Shown one piece after another: positions 20,601-31,313 of a stretch of DNA of 64,000 nucleotides. Source of the DNA: Sedimentisphaerales bacterium (GTDB lineage Bacteria > Planctomycetota > Phycisphaerae > Sedimentisphaerales > Anaerobacaceae); contig OY970194.1 in NCBI GenBank assembly GCA_963708075.1, positions 1,216,001 to 1,280,000 of the forward strand. Direction: 5' to 3'. The notes under the pieces were generated by a model. It had not been told where the DNA came from, searched no databases, and was given only the letters and a program-made list of their open reading frames with translations. Position 1 is the first letter of the stretch, and every line of letters begins with the position of its first letter. Position numbers and translations under genes: made by a program.

Positions 20601-21249
20601 CGGATTGGATCACGTGCTGGCCAGCGGCAGGAACGTCAATGTGCTCGTGCTGGACACCGAGGTTTACTCGAACACCGGTGGTCAGATGTCGAAATCGACG
20701 CCGCGGGCGGCCGTGGCGAAGTTCGCAGCGGCCGGCAAGCCCTCCCCGAAGAAAGACCTGGGCCTGCTCGCCATGGTGTACGGGAATATCTATGTCGCCA
20801 AGGTGGCGATGGGCGCCAATCCGAGTCAGGCCGTGAAGGCCTTTGCCGAGGCGGAAGCCTATCCGGGCCCCTCGTTGATCATCGCCTACTCTCACTGCAT
20901 CAATCAGGGCTTCAATCTGACGACCGGCTACGAGGAGCAGAAGAAGGCGGTGGCCTGCGGTCACTGGCCGTTATACCGGTTCGACCCCCGGCTCAAGGCG
21001 CAGGGCAAGAACCCGCTGCAGCTCGACTCCAAGCCGCCGACCATGGAGTTCTCCGAGTATGCATACAACGAGGACCGGTACCGTTCGCTGAAGCAGTCGA
21101 AACCGGAAGCGGCGGCGGAGCTGATGAAGCTCGCCAACCGCGACGCTGTTGAACGATATGCATTGATGGAGCAGCTTGCCGGCCTGAAATGTGGACAGGA
21201 CCAGCAGGGGGCTCCGAAGCCAGGTCCCGAAGGCGAAAAGCAGTCATAG
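17614..21249 (+). CDS. nifJ: Pyruvate:ferredoxin (flavodoxin) oxidoreductase
   Basis: YPITPS, EMQSEAGA, two CxxCxxCxxxCP motifs, GDGWAYDIG, YSNTGGQ. Confidence 0.96.
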   Translation: MKRRMVTIDGNAAAAHVAHATNEVIAIYPITPSSPMGEIADAKTAKSEMNIWGTVPSVTEMQSEAGAAGAVHGALTAGALTTTFTASQGLLLMIPNMYKIAGELLPAVFHVTARSLATHALSIFGDHGDVMTCRETGWAMLCASSVQEAMDFALISQQATLASRVPFLHFFDGFRTSHEEQKVEELTYDDMRAMIDDSLVAQHKARALTPEHPMIGGTAQNPDVYFQGRETCNPFYLATPKIVEETMNKFAKLVGRQYKLFDYVGAPDAEKIIIIMGSGADTVHETVDYLNSQGEKVGVVKVRLFRPFSTKHFMAILPKTVKKIAVLDRTKEPGALGEPMYLDIRTAIGEAMADGISPFDKYPVVVGGRYGLGSKEFTPAMVKAVFDNLDTAKPKRGFTVGIIDDVTNTSLDVDDSFQIPAEGMYRAMFFGLGSDGTVGANRNSIKIIGESTDNYAQAYFVYDSRKAGTMTVSHLRFGEKPIQRPYLINQADFVACHNPSFLEKYEMLASLRKGGTFLLTTFHGADKVWDTLPQEIQRQIIDKKARFYVIDAISLAQEIGLGARINVIMQTAFFKISNIIPLDQAIKQIKDAIRKTYGKRGEKVIEMNNAAVDKAIDRVYEVKVPGKVTSKIKLPPVVPANAPEFVRTVTAELMAMRGDSVPVSKFPVDGRFPVGTTQYEKRNIAVNIPIWQPELCIQCGMCSFVCPHATIRIKAYDPKVLEKAPSTFKNAEAKGKEFKGLKFTVQVAPEDCTGCGACVQTCPGIERGPDKQPTGRKAINMEMQEPIRQRERANYSFFLSIPNTDRSLFKANTVKGSQLIQPLFEYSGACAGCGETAYVKLLSQLFGDRAYIGNATGCSSIYGGNLPTTPYTTRPDGRGPAWCNSLFEDNTEFAMGMRLTVDQFKLIALNALDKVVQKGCVDGQLASDIRAATQADDPEQNAIEEQRGRVEQLKTQCRKSGDCAECKLLLTVADFLVRKSVWAVGGDGWAYDIGYGGLDHVLASGRNVNVLVLDTEVYSNTGGQMSKSTPRAAVAKFAAAGKPSPKKDLGLLAMVYGNIYVAKVAMGANPSQAVKAFAEAEAYPGPSLIIAYSHCINQGFNLTTGYEEQKKAVACGHWPLYRFDPRLKAQGKNPLQLDSKPPTMEFSEYAYNEDRYRSLKQSKPEAAAELMKLANRDAVERYALMEQLAGLKCGQDQQGAPKPGPEGEKQS

Positions 21250-21258
21250 GAAAATGAT

Positions 21259-22092
21259 ATGACAACGAGGGTGACTCGAAGAGCCGTACTGATTGCGTTG
21301 GCGACCTTGACTTTGACCGGCTGTGGCCGGCAGGCGCAGGACTCATCCGGGGACTTGGACCTGCTGGCCACGGGGCCGGATCAGGAGGCATTGCCGGCTG
21401 CGCCGCCTCATGTCGCCGCGGCGATAGAGGCTACGGGCGGTCTGGCCACATGGACGCAGTGCAAGAGGCTCACATTCGATGGAGTCGTCACGGCTTATCA
21501 GACGGATGGCAGCTACTACCTGACGAAGCACCGGTTCGACCTGTGCCCATGGGGCAACGCGATCCAGATATCCGCCCAGGAGCCCCAGACCGGGTTTACC
21601 TGTCGCATTGCGGAAGGGCAGTACCACGTGCTGGATGGCGAGGGCAAGATGGATGTCTCGCCTCTCAGTGTCTGCTATCGGGATTACGCCGAGGCCATGC
21701 TCCAGATCACGACGGCGCCTGTGCGCATGCTCCGGGACAAGGCGACCCTCCTGCGTAAGCCCATCCCCGTGATGATCAGCGGCGCATGGTATTACCCGAT
21801 CGAGGCAAAATTCGAGGCCACGCAGATCGTCTCCAAGAGACTGGGGCGCGAAAAGACCACGGTCATCGAGCCCTATTGGACGCAGGGCGTTTACTACCAG
21901 AACCAGAACGGCTCGCTTGTCGACATCATCTGGCTGGGGAATCCGGTTACGCAGAAATTCCTTATCGTTCGCGGCTACAACTATGCCCGGATCGTCAAGG
22001 ATGGCGCGCTGGTCCCCACCAAGATCGAGATCTTCCAGTCCGATGCCGAAGGCATACAGGGGCAGCGCCTGGCCCTGGTTGACCTGAAGTAG
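21259..22092 (+). CDS. Hypothetical lipoprotein
   Basis: Lipobox LTLTG-C; AAIEATGG motif; beta-rich, possibly LolA-like fold. Confidence 0.65.
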   Translation: MTTRVTRRAVLIALATLTLTGCGRQAQDSSGDLDLLATGPDQEALPAAPPHVAAAIEATGGLATWTQCKRLTFDGVVTAYQTDGSYYLTKHRFDLCPWGNAIQISAQEPQTGFTCRIAEGQYHVLDGEGKMDVSPLSVCYRDYAEAMLQITTAPVRMLRDKATLLRKPIPVMISGAWYYPIEAKFEATQIVSKRLGREKTTVIEPYWTQGVYYQNQNGSLVDIIWLGNPVTQKFLIVRGYNYARIVKDGALVPTKIEIFQSDAEGIQGQRLALVDLK

Positions 22093-22226
22093 CAGGCTCG
22101 CTCGTCCGACGCGGGACCATTTGTGTCCCGTGGGGTTGTGAACTATCATGTGAGCATCGCCGTACGGTACGTAGCTGTACCACAGTCTCGTTAAGAGTGG
22201 CTTCGAAGGACTGCTGAGTATCGACG

Positions 22227-23462
22227 ATGTCTACGCGCGCTGCAATCTGGGTTGCCTTTGTCACGATTCTTGTCCTCGCCCTGGCGGTTTTCTTCGTCAT
22301 GCGAGGCGGCATCGGGCCCATGGCTTCAGCCCCGAACGGCGATGGCGATGAACAGATGCCGGCGGCCGCACCTGCCCCATCCGGCGGGGCTGACTGGCCG
22401 ATGTTCCATGGCAGCCCAAATCTTCGCGGCGTTGCCTCGGGGACTCTGGCCGACTCCCTGACCCTCCGCTGGAAGTTCAGGACCGATGCCGAGGTCAAGT
22501 CCTCTCCCGTAATATCCAGTGGACGCGTTTTCGTTGGCTCATCCGACAAGAACGTATATGCCCTCGACCTGCAGACTGGCAACAAAATCTGGTCTTACCA
22601 GACCGGCGATTCCATTGAGGCAGCGCCCTGTGTGCTCGACGGACGGGTCTTCGTGGGCTCGGGGGACAATTGGCTTTACGCGCTGGATGCCGGGACCGGC
22701 GAGTTGAAGTGGAAATACGAGACGGAGGGCCAGATCCTCGGAGCGGCCAATTGGACGCGATCTCCGGACGGACAGGGGACGTGGATTCTCGTCGGCAGCT
22801 ATGACAACAAGCTGCATTGTGTGGACGCCTCCAGCGGCAAGCAAGTCTGGGTGTATGAAACCGGCAATTACGTGAACGGTTCGCCCGCGGTGGATGATGG
22901 CAAGTGCGCCTTCGGCGGCTGCGATGCGATCATCCACGTGGTCTCTCTCGCCGATGGCTCGAAGGTCTCCGAGATCGACAGCGGCTCGTATATCGCCGCC
23001 TCCGCCGCATTTCTCGACGGCGAAATCTACGTCGGCAACTACGAGAACGTCTTCCTCAAAGTCGATGTCAAGGCAGGCAAGACCGTCTGGAAATATGATC
23101 AGAGCGACGCCCCATTCTTTTCCTCACCGGCCGTTGGCGACGAGTTCGTTGTCTTCGGCGGCCGGGACAATCACGTACACTGTCTTCGCCGCGACGATGG
23201 CCGGCAGGTCTGGATGTTCAAGACCCTGGGCGAGGTGAACAGCTCGCCGGCGATCTGCGGCGACAAGGTCATCGTCGGCAGCGATGATGGCCGGCTGTAT
23301 CTGCTCCGATTGACGGATGGGAAACAACTCTGGTCCTACGAGATCGGTCAGCCTGTGACCTCCTCACCCGCCGTGGCAGGTGGGCTCGTCGTGGTCGGTT
23401 GCGACGATGGCTACGTCTATGCGTTCGGGCCCAAGCCGGCCGACGGGGGCAAAACGCCATGA
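22227..23462 (+). CDS. Membrane-anchored PQQ-like (BamB-like) beta-propeller
   Basis: N-terminal TM; WPMFHG; repeated SSP...VFVGS.D..YALD...G...W blades. Confidence 0.85.
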   Translation: MSTRAAIWVAFVTILVLALAVFFVMRGGIGPMASAPNGDGDEQMPAAAPAPSGGADWPMFHGSPNLRGVASGTLADSLTLRWKFRTDAEVKSSPVISSGRVFVGSSDKNVYALDLQTGNKIWSYQTGDSIEAAPCVLDGRVFVGSGDNWLYALDAGTGELKWKYETEGQILGAANWTRSPDGQGTWILVGSYDNKLHCVDASSGKQVWVYETGNYVNGSPAVDDGKCAFGGCDAIIHVVSLADGSKVSEIDSGSYIAASAAFLDGEIYVGNYENVFLKVDVKAGKTVWKYDQSDAPFFSSPAVGDEFVVFGGRDNHVHCLRRDDGRQVWMFKTLGEVNSSPAICGDKVIVGSDDGRLYLLRLTDGKQLWSYEIGQPVTSSPAVAGGLVVVGCDDGYVYAFGPKPADGGKTP

Positions 23463-24757
23463 GGATCGTCCAGATCACTCCCGGGTCCGGGGACAATTTC
23501 TACTGCGAGAACTGTCTGCGTGACATCGCCCTGGTCAAAGCGCTGCGAAAGCTCGGCCATGACATACTGATGGTGCCCTTGTACCTGCCTTTGCAGGCCG
23601 ACAAAGTCGAGCAGGTCAGCAACGCACCGATCTTCTTCGGCGGCGTCAACGTCTATCTCCAGCAGAAGCTCTCATTGTTTCGCAGAACGCCACGATGGAT
23701 CGACCGATGGTTTGACTCCCGTGGATTGCTCGAATGGGTTGGCCGCAAAGCCGGAATGACGAACGCGCGAGATCTCGGTGAAACGACGATCTCGATGCTG
23801 CAGGGGGAAGACGGCCGGCAGGTGAAGGAACTCGACCGGTTCGTGGACTGGCTCGTGACGGACCGGCAGAAGCCTGATCTCGTGTGCCTGTCCAACGTGC
23901 TGCTCGCCGGCCTGGCCCGGCGGATCAAGGAGAGGCTCGGCACGCCCGTCGTCTGCCTGTTGCAGGATGAAGATGGATTCCTCGACGGCCTGAGCTCGCC
24001 GTACGCGGAGCAGGCGTGGGCGGTCATCCATGAGAGGGTGCACGACATTGACGCGTTCCTGGCCGTCAGCAAGTACTACGCCGGCGCCATGTTGACGCGA
24101 CTGAAAGTGGAGACTGCCCGGATGCACGTGGTCCGCACGGGCGTCGAGCTGGATCTGTACAAGCCGGATGGCGGGAACCCGGTGACGCCGACCGTCGGAT
24201 TTCTGTCTCGGATGTGCCCGGAGCGGGGATTGGAGAGACTGGTCGATGCCTTCATTCTCCTGAAGAAGAACGAGAAATTGGCCTCTGCGAAGCTTCGCGT
24301 TTCCGGTGGCAGGAGCGCCGGCGACGAGCCGTTTATCGAACGGCTGCGAGGCAAGCTGGCGGCGGCAGGTGTTCTCCATGACGTCGAGTTCCTGCAGGCC
24401 TTCGACCGCGATGCGAAGCTGGAGTTTCTGAGGGGTCTTTCCGTGCTGTCGGTGCCCGAGCCGCAGCCCGTTGCGTACGGGCTGTACGTGCTGGAGGCGT
24501 TGGCGATGGGTGTGCCGGTGGTTGAGCCGGCGATCGGTTGCTTCCCGGAAACCCTTGCCTTGACCGGCGGCGGTGTGCTATATGAGCGCAATACGGCGGA
24601 AGAACTCGCCGAGACTCTGACGCCTTTGCTGCTGGACCCGCAGGCGGCCCGACGGCTCGGCGCCCAGGGCCGCACCGGGATGCTCAAGGCCTTCAGCATT
24701 GAACAGACCGCGGCCGAAATGGTCCGCATTTTCGAGCAGGTGGTCCGCAAATCCTGA
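23459..24757 (+). CDS. Glycosyltransferase family 4 with N-terminal CxxC
   Basis: MRIVQITPG, FYCENC, YGLYVLEALAMGVPVV; overlaps upstream stop (ATGA). Confidence 0.85.
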   Translation: MRIVQITPGSGDNFYCENCLRDIALVKALRKLGHDILMVPLYLPLQADKVEQVSNAPIFFGGVNVYLQQKLSLFRRTPRWIDRWFDSRGLLEWVGRKAGMTNARDLGETTISMLQGEDGRQVKELDRFVDWLVTDRQKPDLVCLSNVLLAGLARRIKERLGTPVVCLLQDEDGFLDGLSSPYAEQAWAVIHERVHDIDAFLAVSKYYAGAMLTRLKVETARMHVVRTGVELDLYKPDGGNPVTPTVGFLSRMCPERGLERLVDAFILLKKNEKLASAKLRVSGGRSAGDEPFIERLRGKLAAAGVLHDVEFLQAFDRDAKLEFLRGLSVLSVPEPQPVAYGLYVLEALAMGVPVVEPAIGCFPETLALTGGGVLYERNTAEELAETLTPLLLDPQAARRLGAQGRTGMLKAFSIEQTAAEMVRIFEQVVRKS

Positions 24758-24764
24758 CGGGGAC

Positions 24765-25457
24765 ATGATGATCGAGCTTATCGATGTGACGAAGAGTTAC
24801 GGCGGGAAGGATGGGCCCGATGCGGTGAGCGTGCTGAAAGGCATCACGCTGCACCTTGGGCGGGGCGAGTCGATTGTGATCGTCGGTCCCTCCGGATGTG
24901 GCAAAAGCACGCTGCTGAACATCATCGGCGGCCTGGACCACCCGACGACCGGCCGCGTCATGTTTGACGGAAGGAACCTCGCGGACCTTGCCGATGACGA
25001 ACTCGCACGGATACGCAGCCGAGAGATCGGATTCGTATTCCAGTTGCATCATCTGCTGCCCCAGTGCACGGTGTTGGAGAATGTCGTCGTGCCCACCCTG
25101 GCCGGGCGAAATGACGCGTCACCGAAAGACCTGCGCGGAAGGGCGGAGGCGTTGCTCGACCGCGTAGGCCTGAAGGATCGCATGTCCTATCGGCCCGGGG
25201 AGCTATCCGGCGGGCAACGCCAGCGGGTCGCCGTGGCGCGGGCCCTCATCAACGGGCCGAAGCTGCTGCTGGCTGACGAGCCGACCGGCTCGCTGGACGA
25301 AGGTACCTCACAGAGCATCGCCGAGTTGCTGGTCGAGTTGAACCGCGATGAGGGAGTGGCGCTGGTCGTGGTGACACACTCACGGGAGCTGGCCGGGCGG
25401 ATTGGGCGCGTCATGGAACTGAGCGGCGGGACGTTGCACGACAGAGGTCGCTCATGA
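24765..25457 (+). CDS. ABC transporter ATP-binding protein (LolD/MacB type)
   Basis: GPSGCGKST, LSGGQRQR, LADEPTG, VTH. Confidence 0.93.
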   Translation: MMIELIDVTKSYGGKDGPDAVSVLKGITLHLGRGESIVIVGPSGCGKSTLLNIIGGLDHPTTGRVMFDGRNLADLADDELARIRSREIGFVFQLHHLLPQCTVLENVVVPTLAGRNDASPKDLRGRAEALLDRVGLKDRMSYRPGELSGGQRQRVAVARALINGPKLLLADEPTGSLDEGTSQSIAELLVELNRDEGVALVVVTHSRELAGRIGRVMELSGGTLHDRGRS

Positions 25458-28400
25458 GTTTCTGGCGCCTCGTCACTCGCAGTCTGGGTTTCTACTGGCG
25501 GACCAACGCGGCAGTCCTTCTGGCCGTGGCCGTAGCGACGGCGGTGCTGACCGGCGCGCTGGCGATCGGCGATTCGGTGCAGTACACGCTTCACAGGACA
25601 CTTGATGCCCGTTTGGGCCGGATCGAATTTGCCGTCCTGCCCCAGGGCCGTTTCTTTCGGGCCCAGCTTGCCGACGATCTGCAACAGCAACTCGACGGCA
25701 CGATAGCCCCGGTTTTGCAGGTCCCTGGTATCATCACGAACGAGGACGGCTCCCGGCGAATCAACCGCGCTCGCGTACTTGGTGTAAACGAGAGGTTCTA
25801 CGCCGCCGGCCCGGGGCAGAATCCATTTGAGGGAGGTGCGAATGGCAGCGTCATCGTGAGCGAGTCTGTGGCAAAGGAGCTTCGAGTCGCTCCCGGCGAT
25901 GAGATAGTCCTGCGGGTCGAGAAATCGGGCGTCATGCCGCGTGATGTCCCGCTGGTATCTGACGAGGACCGAACGATTGCCGCTCGCTTGAAGGTCCGGG
26001 CTGTGGCGGGCGATTCGGCCTTCGGCCGATTCGATCTCCAGGCGAACCAGGCGGCCCCGCTTAATGTGTTTGTCCCGTTGGTCTGGCTGGGGAAGCAAGT
26101 CGGGCAGGAAGATCGGGTCAATGTGCTGCTTGCGGCCGGACCCGAGTCCGGAATCACGGCGGCGCAGGTGAATGCGGCTGTGCAAAAGACCTGGCAGTTG
26201 ACCGACGCGGGGCTGGAACTTCGCCACTTAGAGCAGCAGAACGTGCTGGAGCTTCGCAGCGGGCGAATCTTCATCGACGAGCCGCTTGCCGCCGCAGCCA
26301 TGAAGGTCGACAGCAGCGCGGCCGGCACACTGACGTATTTCGTCAACAGCATTCGCCTGGGCGACCAGTCAACGCCGTATTCCATGGTGGCGGCGATGGA
26401 TGGTGACACGGGCGCAGCGAGCCTGCTACCGTCAGGTATGCGATCCGACGAGATCGTGGTCAACCAGTGGCTGGCCGACGATCTGAGGGCCAGGATTGGC
26501 GACTCACTGGATCTCGCGTACTACGTCATCGGTTCCGGGCGTCGGCTTGTCGAGGCGCAGCGTTCCTTCAAGATCGTCCGAATTGTTCCTCTCGATGGTC
26601 CGGCAAGGGACCCGAACCTGATGCCGGAATTCCCTGGCCTGGCGGATGTCGACAATTGTCGCGACTGGAAGCCGGGCATTCCGATCAACCTTGACAGCAT
26701 ACGCCCAAAGGATGAGAAGTACTGGGATGACTATCGGGGCACGCCCAAGGCCTTCGTTACACTGGAAGCCGGACAGGCGGCCTGGCACAACCGCTATGGG
26801 AACCTGACCGCCGTACGTTACCGGTGGCGCGAAGGGCTCGCGCAGGAACTCGATCAGCAGCTCAGGAGCACGATCGACCCTGCCGTGGTGGGTCTGCTCT
26901 TTCAGCCGGTGCGGGAGCGAGGCCTGCGGGCAGGCAGCGAGGGGACCGATTTCGGCGAGCTTTTCCTTGGCTTAAGCATGTTCCTGATCACCTCTGCGGT
27001 TATTCTCACGGGACTGCTTTTTGTGTTCGGCGTGGAGGGCCGCAGCTCGCAGGTTGGGATGCTTCTGGCGATTGGCTGGCCCGCGAGACGGATCAAGCGT
27101 CTGCTTCTGGCTGAAGGCGGACTCATCGCATTGCTCGGCACAATCATCGGCGTCGGAGCCGGGTTGCTCTATACGCAGTTGATCGTCTACGGCCTTTCCA
27201 CGTTCTGGAAGGGAGCCGTCGCCGGCGCCAGGATTCAGTTCCACGCGGATGGCATGAGTCTGGTCGCCGGTGGGCTCGGTGGACTGTGTGCCGCCTGGTT
27301 CGCGATCTGGATCACGCTTCGCCGACAGACGGCCCGGCCCATCCGCCAACTGCTGACGGGCAATCTGGAGGAAGGCTTGACAACCCGCAAATCCCGTTCG
27401 CGGGGTAGGATCGGGATTGCTGTGGCTGTCGTGACGTTCATCAGCGCAGCCGTACTCGTAGCGATTGTGGCGGGCGGGGACAGTCAGGCCGTCGCGGGGG
27501 CGTTCTTCGGCGCCGGCGCATTGCTGTTGCTTGGGACCCTGGCTCTGAGTCACGCGGCCTTACGAATCCTCGGGGGCTGGGACAGGCCTCTGGTTTCGCT
27601 GAGAGGGCTCGGCTTCCGCAGTGCGACGCGGCGCAGCGGCGCAGTCTGGCCGTCATCGCACTGCTGGCCTGCGGCGTATTCATGGTCGTGGCGGTCGGGG
27701 CGAATCGCCGCAGTCCGCCGGCGGGGCCTGCGAGCAGGGCGTCCGGTGCAGGCGGCTTTGTCTTGTATGGTGAGTCGTCCGTCGGGATCCTCTACGACCT
27801 GAACGGCGAGGCCGGGCGGAAGGAACTCGGGCTTGACAGCGGCAGGCTGGCCGGTGTCGGGGCAGTCCAATTCCGCGTGCGCGAGGGCGATGATGCAAGC
27901 TGTCTCAACCTGAATCGAGCGCAGCAGCCGCGATTGCTGGGCGTGCAGATAGAGGCATTGAAGGACCGACAGGCATTCACATTCGCAGCCGAAGCGGAGC
28001 AAGGCCGGGGATGGGACCTGCTTCGGCCGGACCCGCGGGGCGAATTCGTGCCGGCCGTGGGGGATGAGCCTACGGTCAAGTGGGCTCTGGGCAAGAAGGT
28101 CGGCGATGAGCTTGAGTACACGGACGAGATGGGCCGGCCGTTCCGCGTGCGAATCGTGGGCATGCTGGAAAGTTCGGTCTTGCAGGGGAGCCTGGTCATC
28201 GCGGAGAATGAGTTTACGGCCCGGTTCCCATCCGTGGACGGCTACCAGGTGTTCCTGATCGACGTCTCGGCCGACAAGACAGATGTCGTGGCGCAAGAGC
28301 TGTCGTCGGGTCTCAGGGATTATGGGTTGGTGCTGACGCCGACGCAAGAGCGGCTGGCCGTCTTTAACGCAGTGGAAAACACGTACCTGTCGATCTTCGC

Positions 28401-28761
28401 GGTGCTCGGCAGCCTGGGACTTGTGCTCGGCAGTATCGGCCTGGGGCTGGTCGTGCTTCGCAACATGCTCGAACGGCGTGGCGAGCTGGCGATGCTTCGG
28501 GCCGTGGGATTCGATAGAGGGCGTCTCAGACGCATGGTATTCTACGAGCATTGGCCTCTGTGCCTGGCTGGCCTGGGCTGTGGAGTGATCGCGGCGATTG
28601 TGGCTGTGATCCCTGCCTTGCAGTCACGGGGCGGACAAGTCCCGTTCGCCGGACTGCTGGTGACGGTTGCCGCCGTAGGTGTCAGCGGGGCCGTATGGGT
28701 GTGGCTCGCGGGAACGCTGGCCCTGCGCGGCAGGTTGCTGGACGCCCTGAGGCATGAATGA
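25454..28761 (+). CDS. Large duplicated FtsX/MacB-type ABC permease; frameshift near 27640
   Basis: Two halves (GMLLAIGW; ELAMLRAVGF) in ORFs 25454..27802 and 27682..28761; one added base restores RSGRSLAVIALLACG. Confidence 0.8.
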
Positions 28762-28774
28762 TTTCGGGTGACGG

Positions 28775-30194
28775 ATGAAGAGATTCTCGATTGCCGATAT
28801 CATACCGATGGTATTCGCCGTCGCTGGCGTTGTCGGGCTGATGTACCTTTGGCTCAGCGCCGATGCGGCCGTGGAGCTTAAGGAGCGATTGCCCGGCGCC
28901 GACAACAAGCCGGCAAATGCGCCGGGGGATAGTGATGCCATCAAGATCGCCGGTACGCTGACGAAGTCGGATGGGGTTCCCGCGGACCTGCCGGGCGCCT
29001 GGCCCAGGCTTCGGGGGCCCAACGGCGACGGCATCAGCCCCGAGAAGGTGGCGTTGAGCAGGCAATGGCCCGAAGGGGGGCCTCGCGTCCTCTGGTCCGT
29101 CGAAGTTGGTGAAGGTTATGCGGGGGCGGCAGTCCTGGGCGGCAAGGTCTACATCCTCGACTATGACCAGGCGAAGCAGGCCGATGCCGTTCGATGCCTC
29201 TCGCTGACGGACGGCAAGGAGATCTGGCGGTACTCGTACCCAGTGAAGATCAAGCGATTTCACGGCATGAGTCGGACCGTGCCGGCGGTGACGGATAAGT
29301 ACGTCGTTACGCTGGGGCCCAAAGGGCACGTGACCTGCCTCGATGCGAACACGGGCGAGTTCCGCTGGATGCTGAATCTCGTCAAGGAATTCGGCACAGT
29401 GATCCCTCAGTGGTATGCGGCGCAGTGCCCGTTGATCGACGGGGGCATGGCAATCATCGCCCCGGCCGGCGATGTCCTCATGATCGCCGTCGAGTGCGCC
29501 ACGGGCGAGATCGCCTGGAAGACTCCGAACCCGGACAAGTGGGTGATGACGCATTCATCGGTCGCGCCCATGGAATTCAAGGGAAAACGCTTTTACGTCT
29601 ATTGCGGCGGATCAACCGATGCCGGCGGAGTCGTCGGCGTCTCAGCGACCGATGGCACGGTCCTGTGGAAGACAGAGGAATGGAAGGTGCGGACGAACGT
29701 GCCGGTGCCGGTCGTGGTCGGAGAGGATCGGATCTTCCTGACCGCCGGCTATGGGCAGTACGACAACGGGTGCGCCATGCTCCGGCTCGTGGAGAACCGA
29801 CGGCAAAATAACCGCCCGGACGGAATTCAGGTATGCGACGGATGTCTTTGGCACGATGCAGCAGACCCCGATTTTTTACAGCGGCTACATCTACGGTGTC
29901 GGCATGGACAAGCAGTTGATCTGCTTGGACTTAGAGGGCAACGTGGTCTGGGGCAGCACGAGTGCGAACCGGTTCGGCTACGGCCCGTACGTGATCGCCG
30001 GCGGGCTCCTCTATGTCCTCGATGATTCGGGCGTGCTGACGCTCGTCGAGCCGGCATCCTCGGGGTACACGCCACTGGCCCGGGCCAAGATCATGGACGG
30101 TCTTGAGACGTGGGGACCGATGGCTGTCGCCTCGGGCCGATTGATCGTACGCGACCTGACGCACATGGTGTGTCTCGACATTGCCGGCCGGTAG
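28775..30194 (+). CDS. Membrane-anchored PQQ-like beta-propeller; frameshift near 29797
   Basis: WPRLRGP; C-terminal TWGPMAVASGRLIVRD lies in another frame; removing one A restores LVETDGK. Confidence 0.8.
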
Positions 30195-30272
30195 GGCGTT
30201 GATGAAACGGCGTCGATCTGCTATGATGGACTTTCCGTAAATGATTGTCAGATAAGGGCATAGGATAAGGCC

Positions 30273-31313
30273 GTGCAGAGAGGTTTGGGAAAGATAGACA
30301 CCCGGTGGGCCGTCGCGGCGCTTGTTGTTGCGGCGGTTGTGCTCGCGGTGGTTGCAGTCCTGCGGCTCGATACGACGGGCGAAAGGGGCAGCGGCCTGAG
30401 CGGCGAGTACGCCTATGACCTCGCCGAGCTGGCCAAGGTCGATCCCAATCTCATCCTCTACGCCGAGTCCGGCCCGGCGATCAGCACGGGCTTCAAGCAG
30501 TCGCGGGCTATCGCTCTGGACTCAGGCGGTCGGATGTATGTTGCCGGAGACAAGGCAATTCGAGTGTTCGGCAGCACGGGCAATTCCGAGCGGATGATCG
30601 AGCTGTCAGGCGAGCCGCGATGCCTGATGGTCGTGGAGAATGGCAACATCTATGTCGGCTTGGCGGATCACGTCGAAGTCCTCAACGCCGAGGGCAAGAG
30701 CATCGCGTCGTGGGACAGCCTGGGGGATGAAGCCGTCCTGACGAGCATCGCCAGGCACGAGGACAGCGTCTTCGTCGCGGACGCCGGCCATCGGGTCGTG
30801 CTGCATTACGACACCGCCGGCACGCTCGTCGGCCACGTCGGCGAGAAGGACCCCGACAGGGACATCCCGGGCCTCGTGATTCCAAGTCCTCATTTCGACG
30901 TGGCGGTTTCCCGTGATGGCCTGCTCCGCGTCGCCAACCCGGGGCGAAACCGAATCGAGACGTACACGCTCGACGGCAATCTTGAATTCTGGTGGGGCCA
31001 GCGCTCCGTCAAGATCGAGGGTTTCTGTGGCTGCTGCAATCCCGTGAATTTCGCGATCCTGCCCGACGGCGGCTTCGTCACCAGCGAAAAAGGGCTGGTG
31101 CGGGTGAAAATCTACAATAGCGACGGTGGCTTCGTCGGTGTGGTCGCCGGCCCGGCACAACTGACCGACGGCAGTCTGATGAAGATTTGTGAGACTCCCG
31201 AGGAATGCCAGGGGCCCGCGTTCGACGTGGCCGCGGGCGCGGATGGGCGGATCTATGTCCTCGACACGACTGACAACGTGGTCAAGATCTTCAGCAGGAA
31301 AGAAGTGAAATGA
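30273..31313 (+). CDS. Membrane-anchored NHL-repeat beta-propeller
   Basis: IALDSGGRMYVA, VFVADAG, IYVLD blades; GFCGCCNP motif. Confidence 0.8.
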   Translation: MQRGLGKIDTRWAVAALVVAAVVLAVVAVLRLDTTGERGSGLSGEYAYDLAELAKVDPNLILYAESGPAISTGFKQSRAIALDSGGRMYVAGDKAIRVFGSTGNSERMIELSGEPRCLMVVENGNIYVGLADHVEVLNAEGKSIASWDSLGDEAVLTSIARHEDSVFVADAGHRVVLHYDTAGTLVGHVGEKDPDRDIPGLVIPSPHFDVAVSRDGLLRVANPGRNRIETYTLDGNLEFWWGQRSVKIEGFCGCCNPVNFAILPDGGFVTSEKGLVRVKIYNSDGGFVGVVAGPAQLTDGSLMKICETPEECQGPAFDVAAGADGRIYVLDTTDNVVKIFSRKEVK

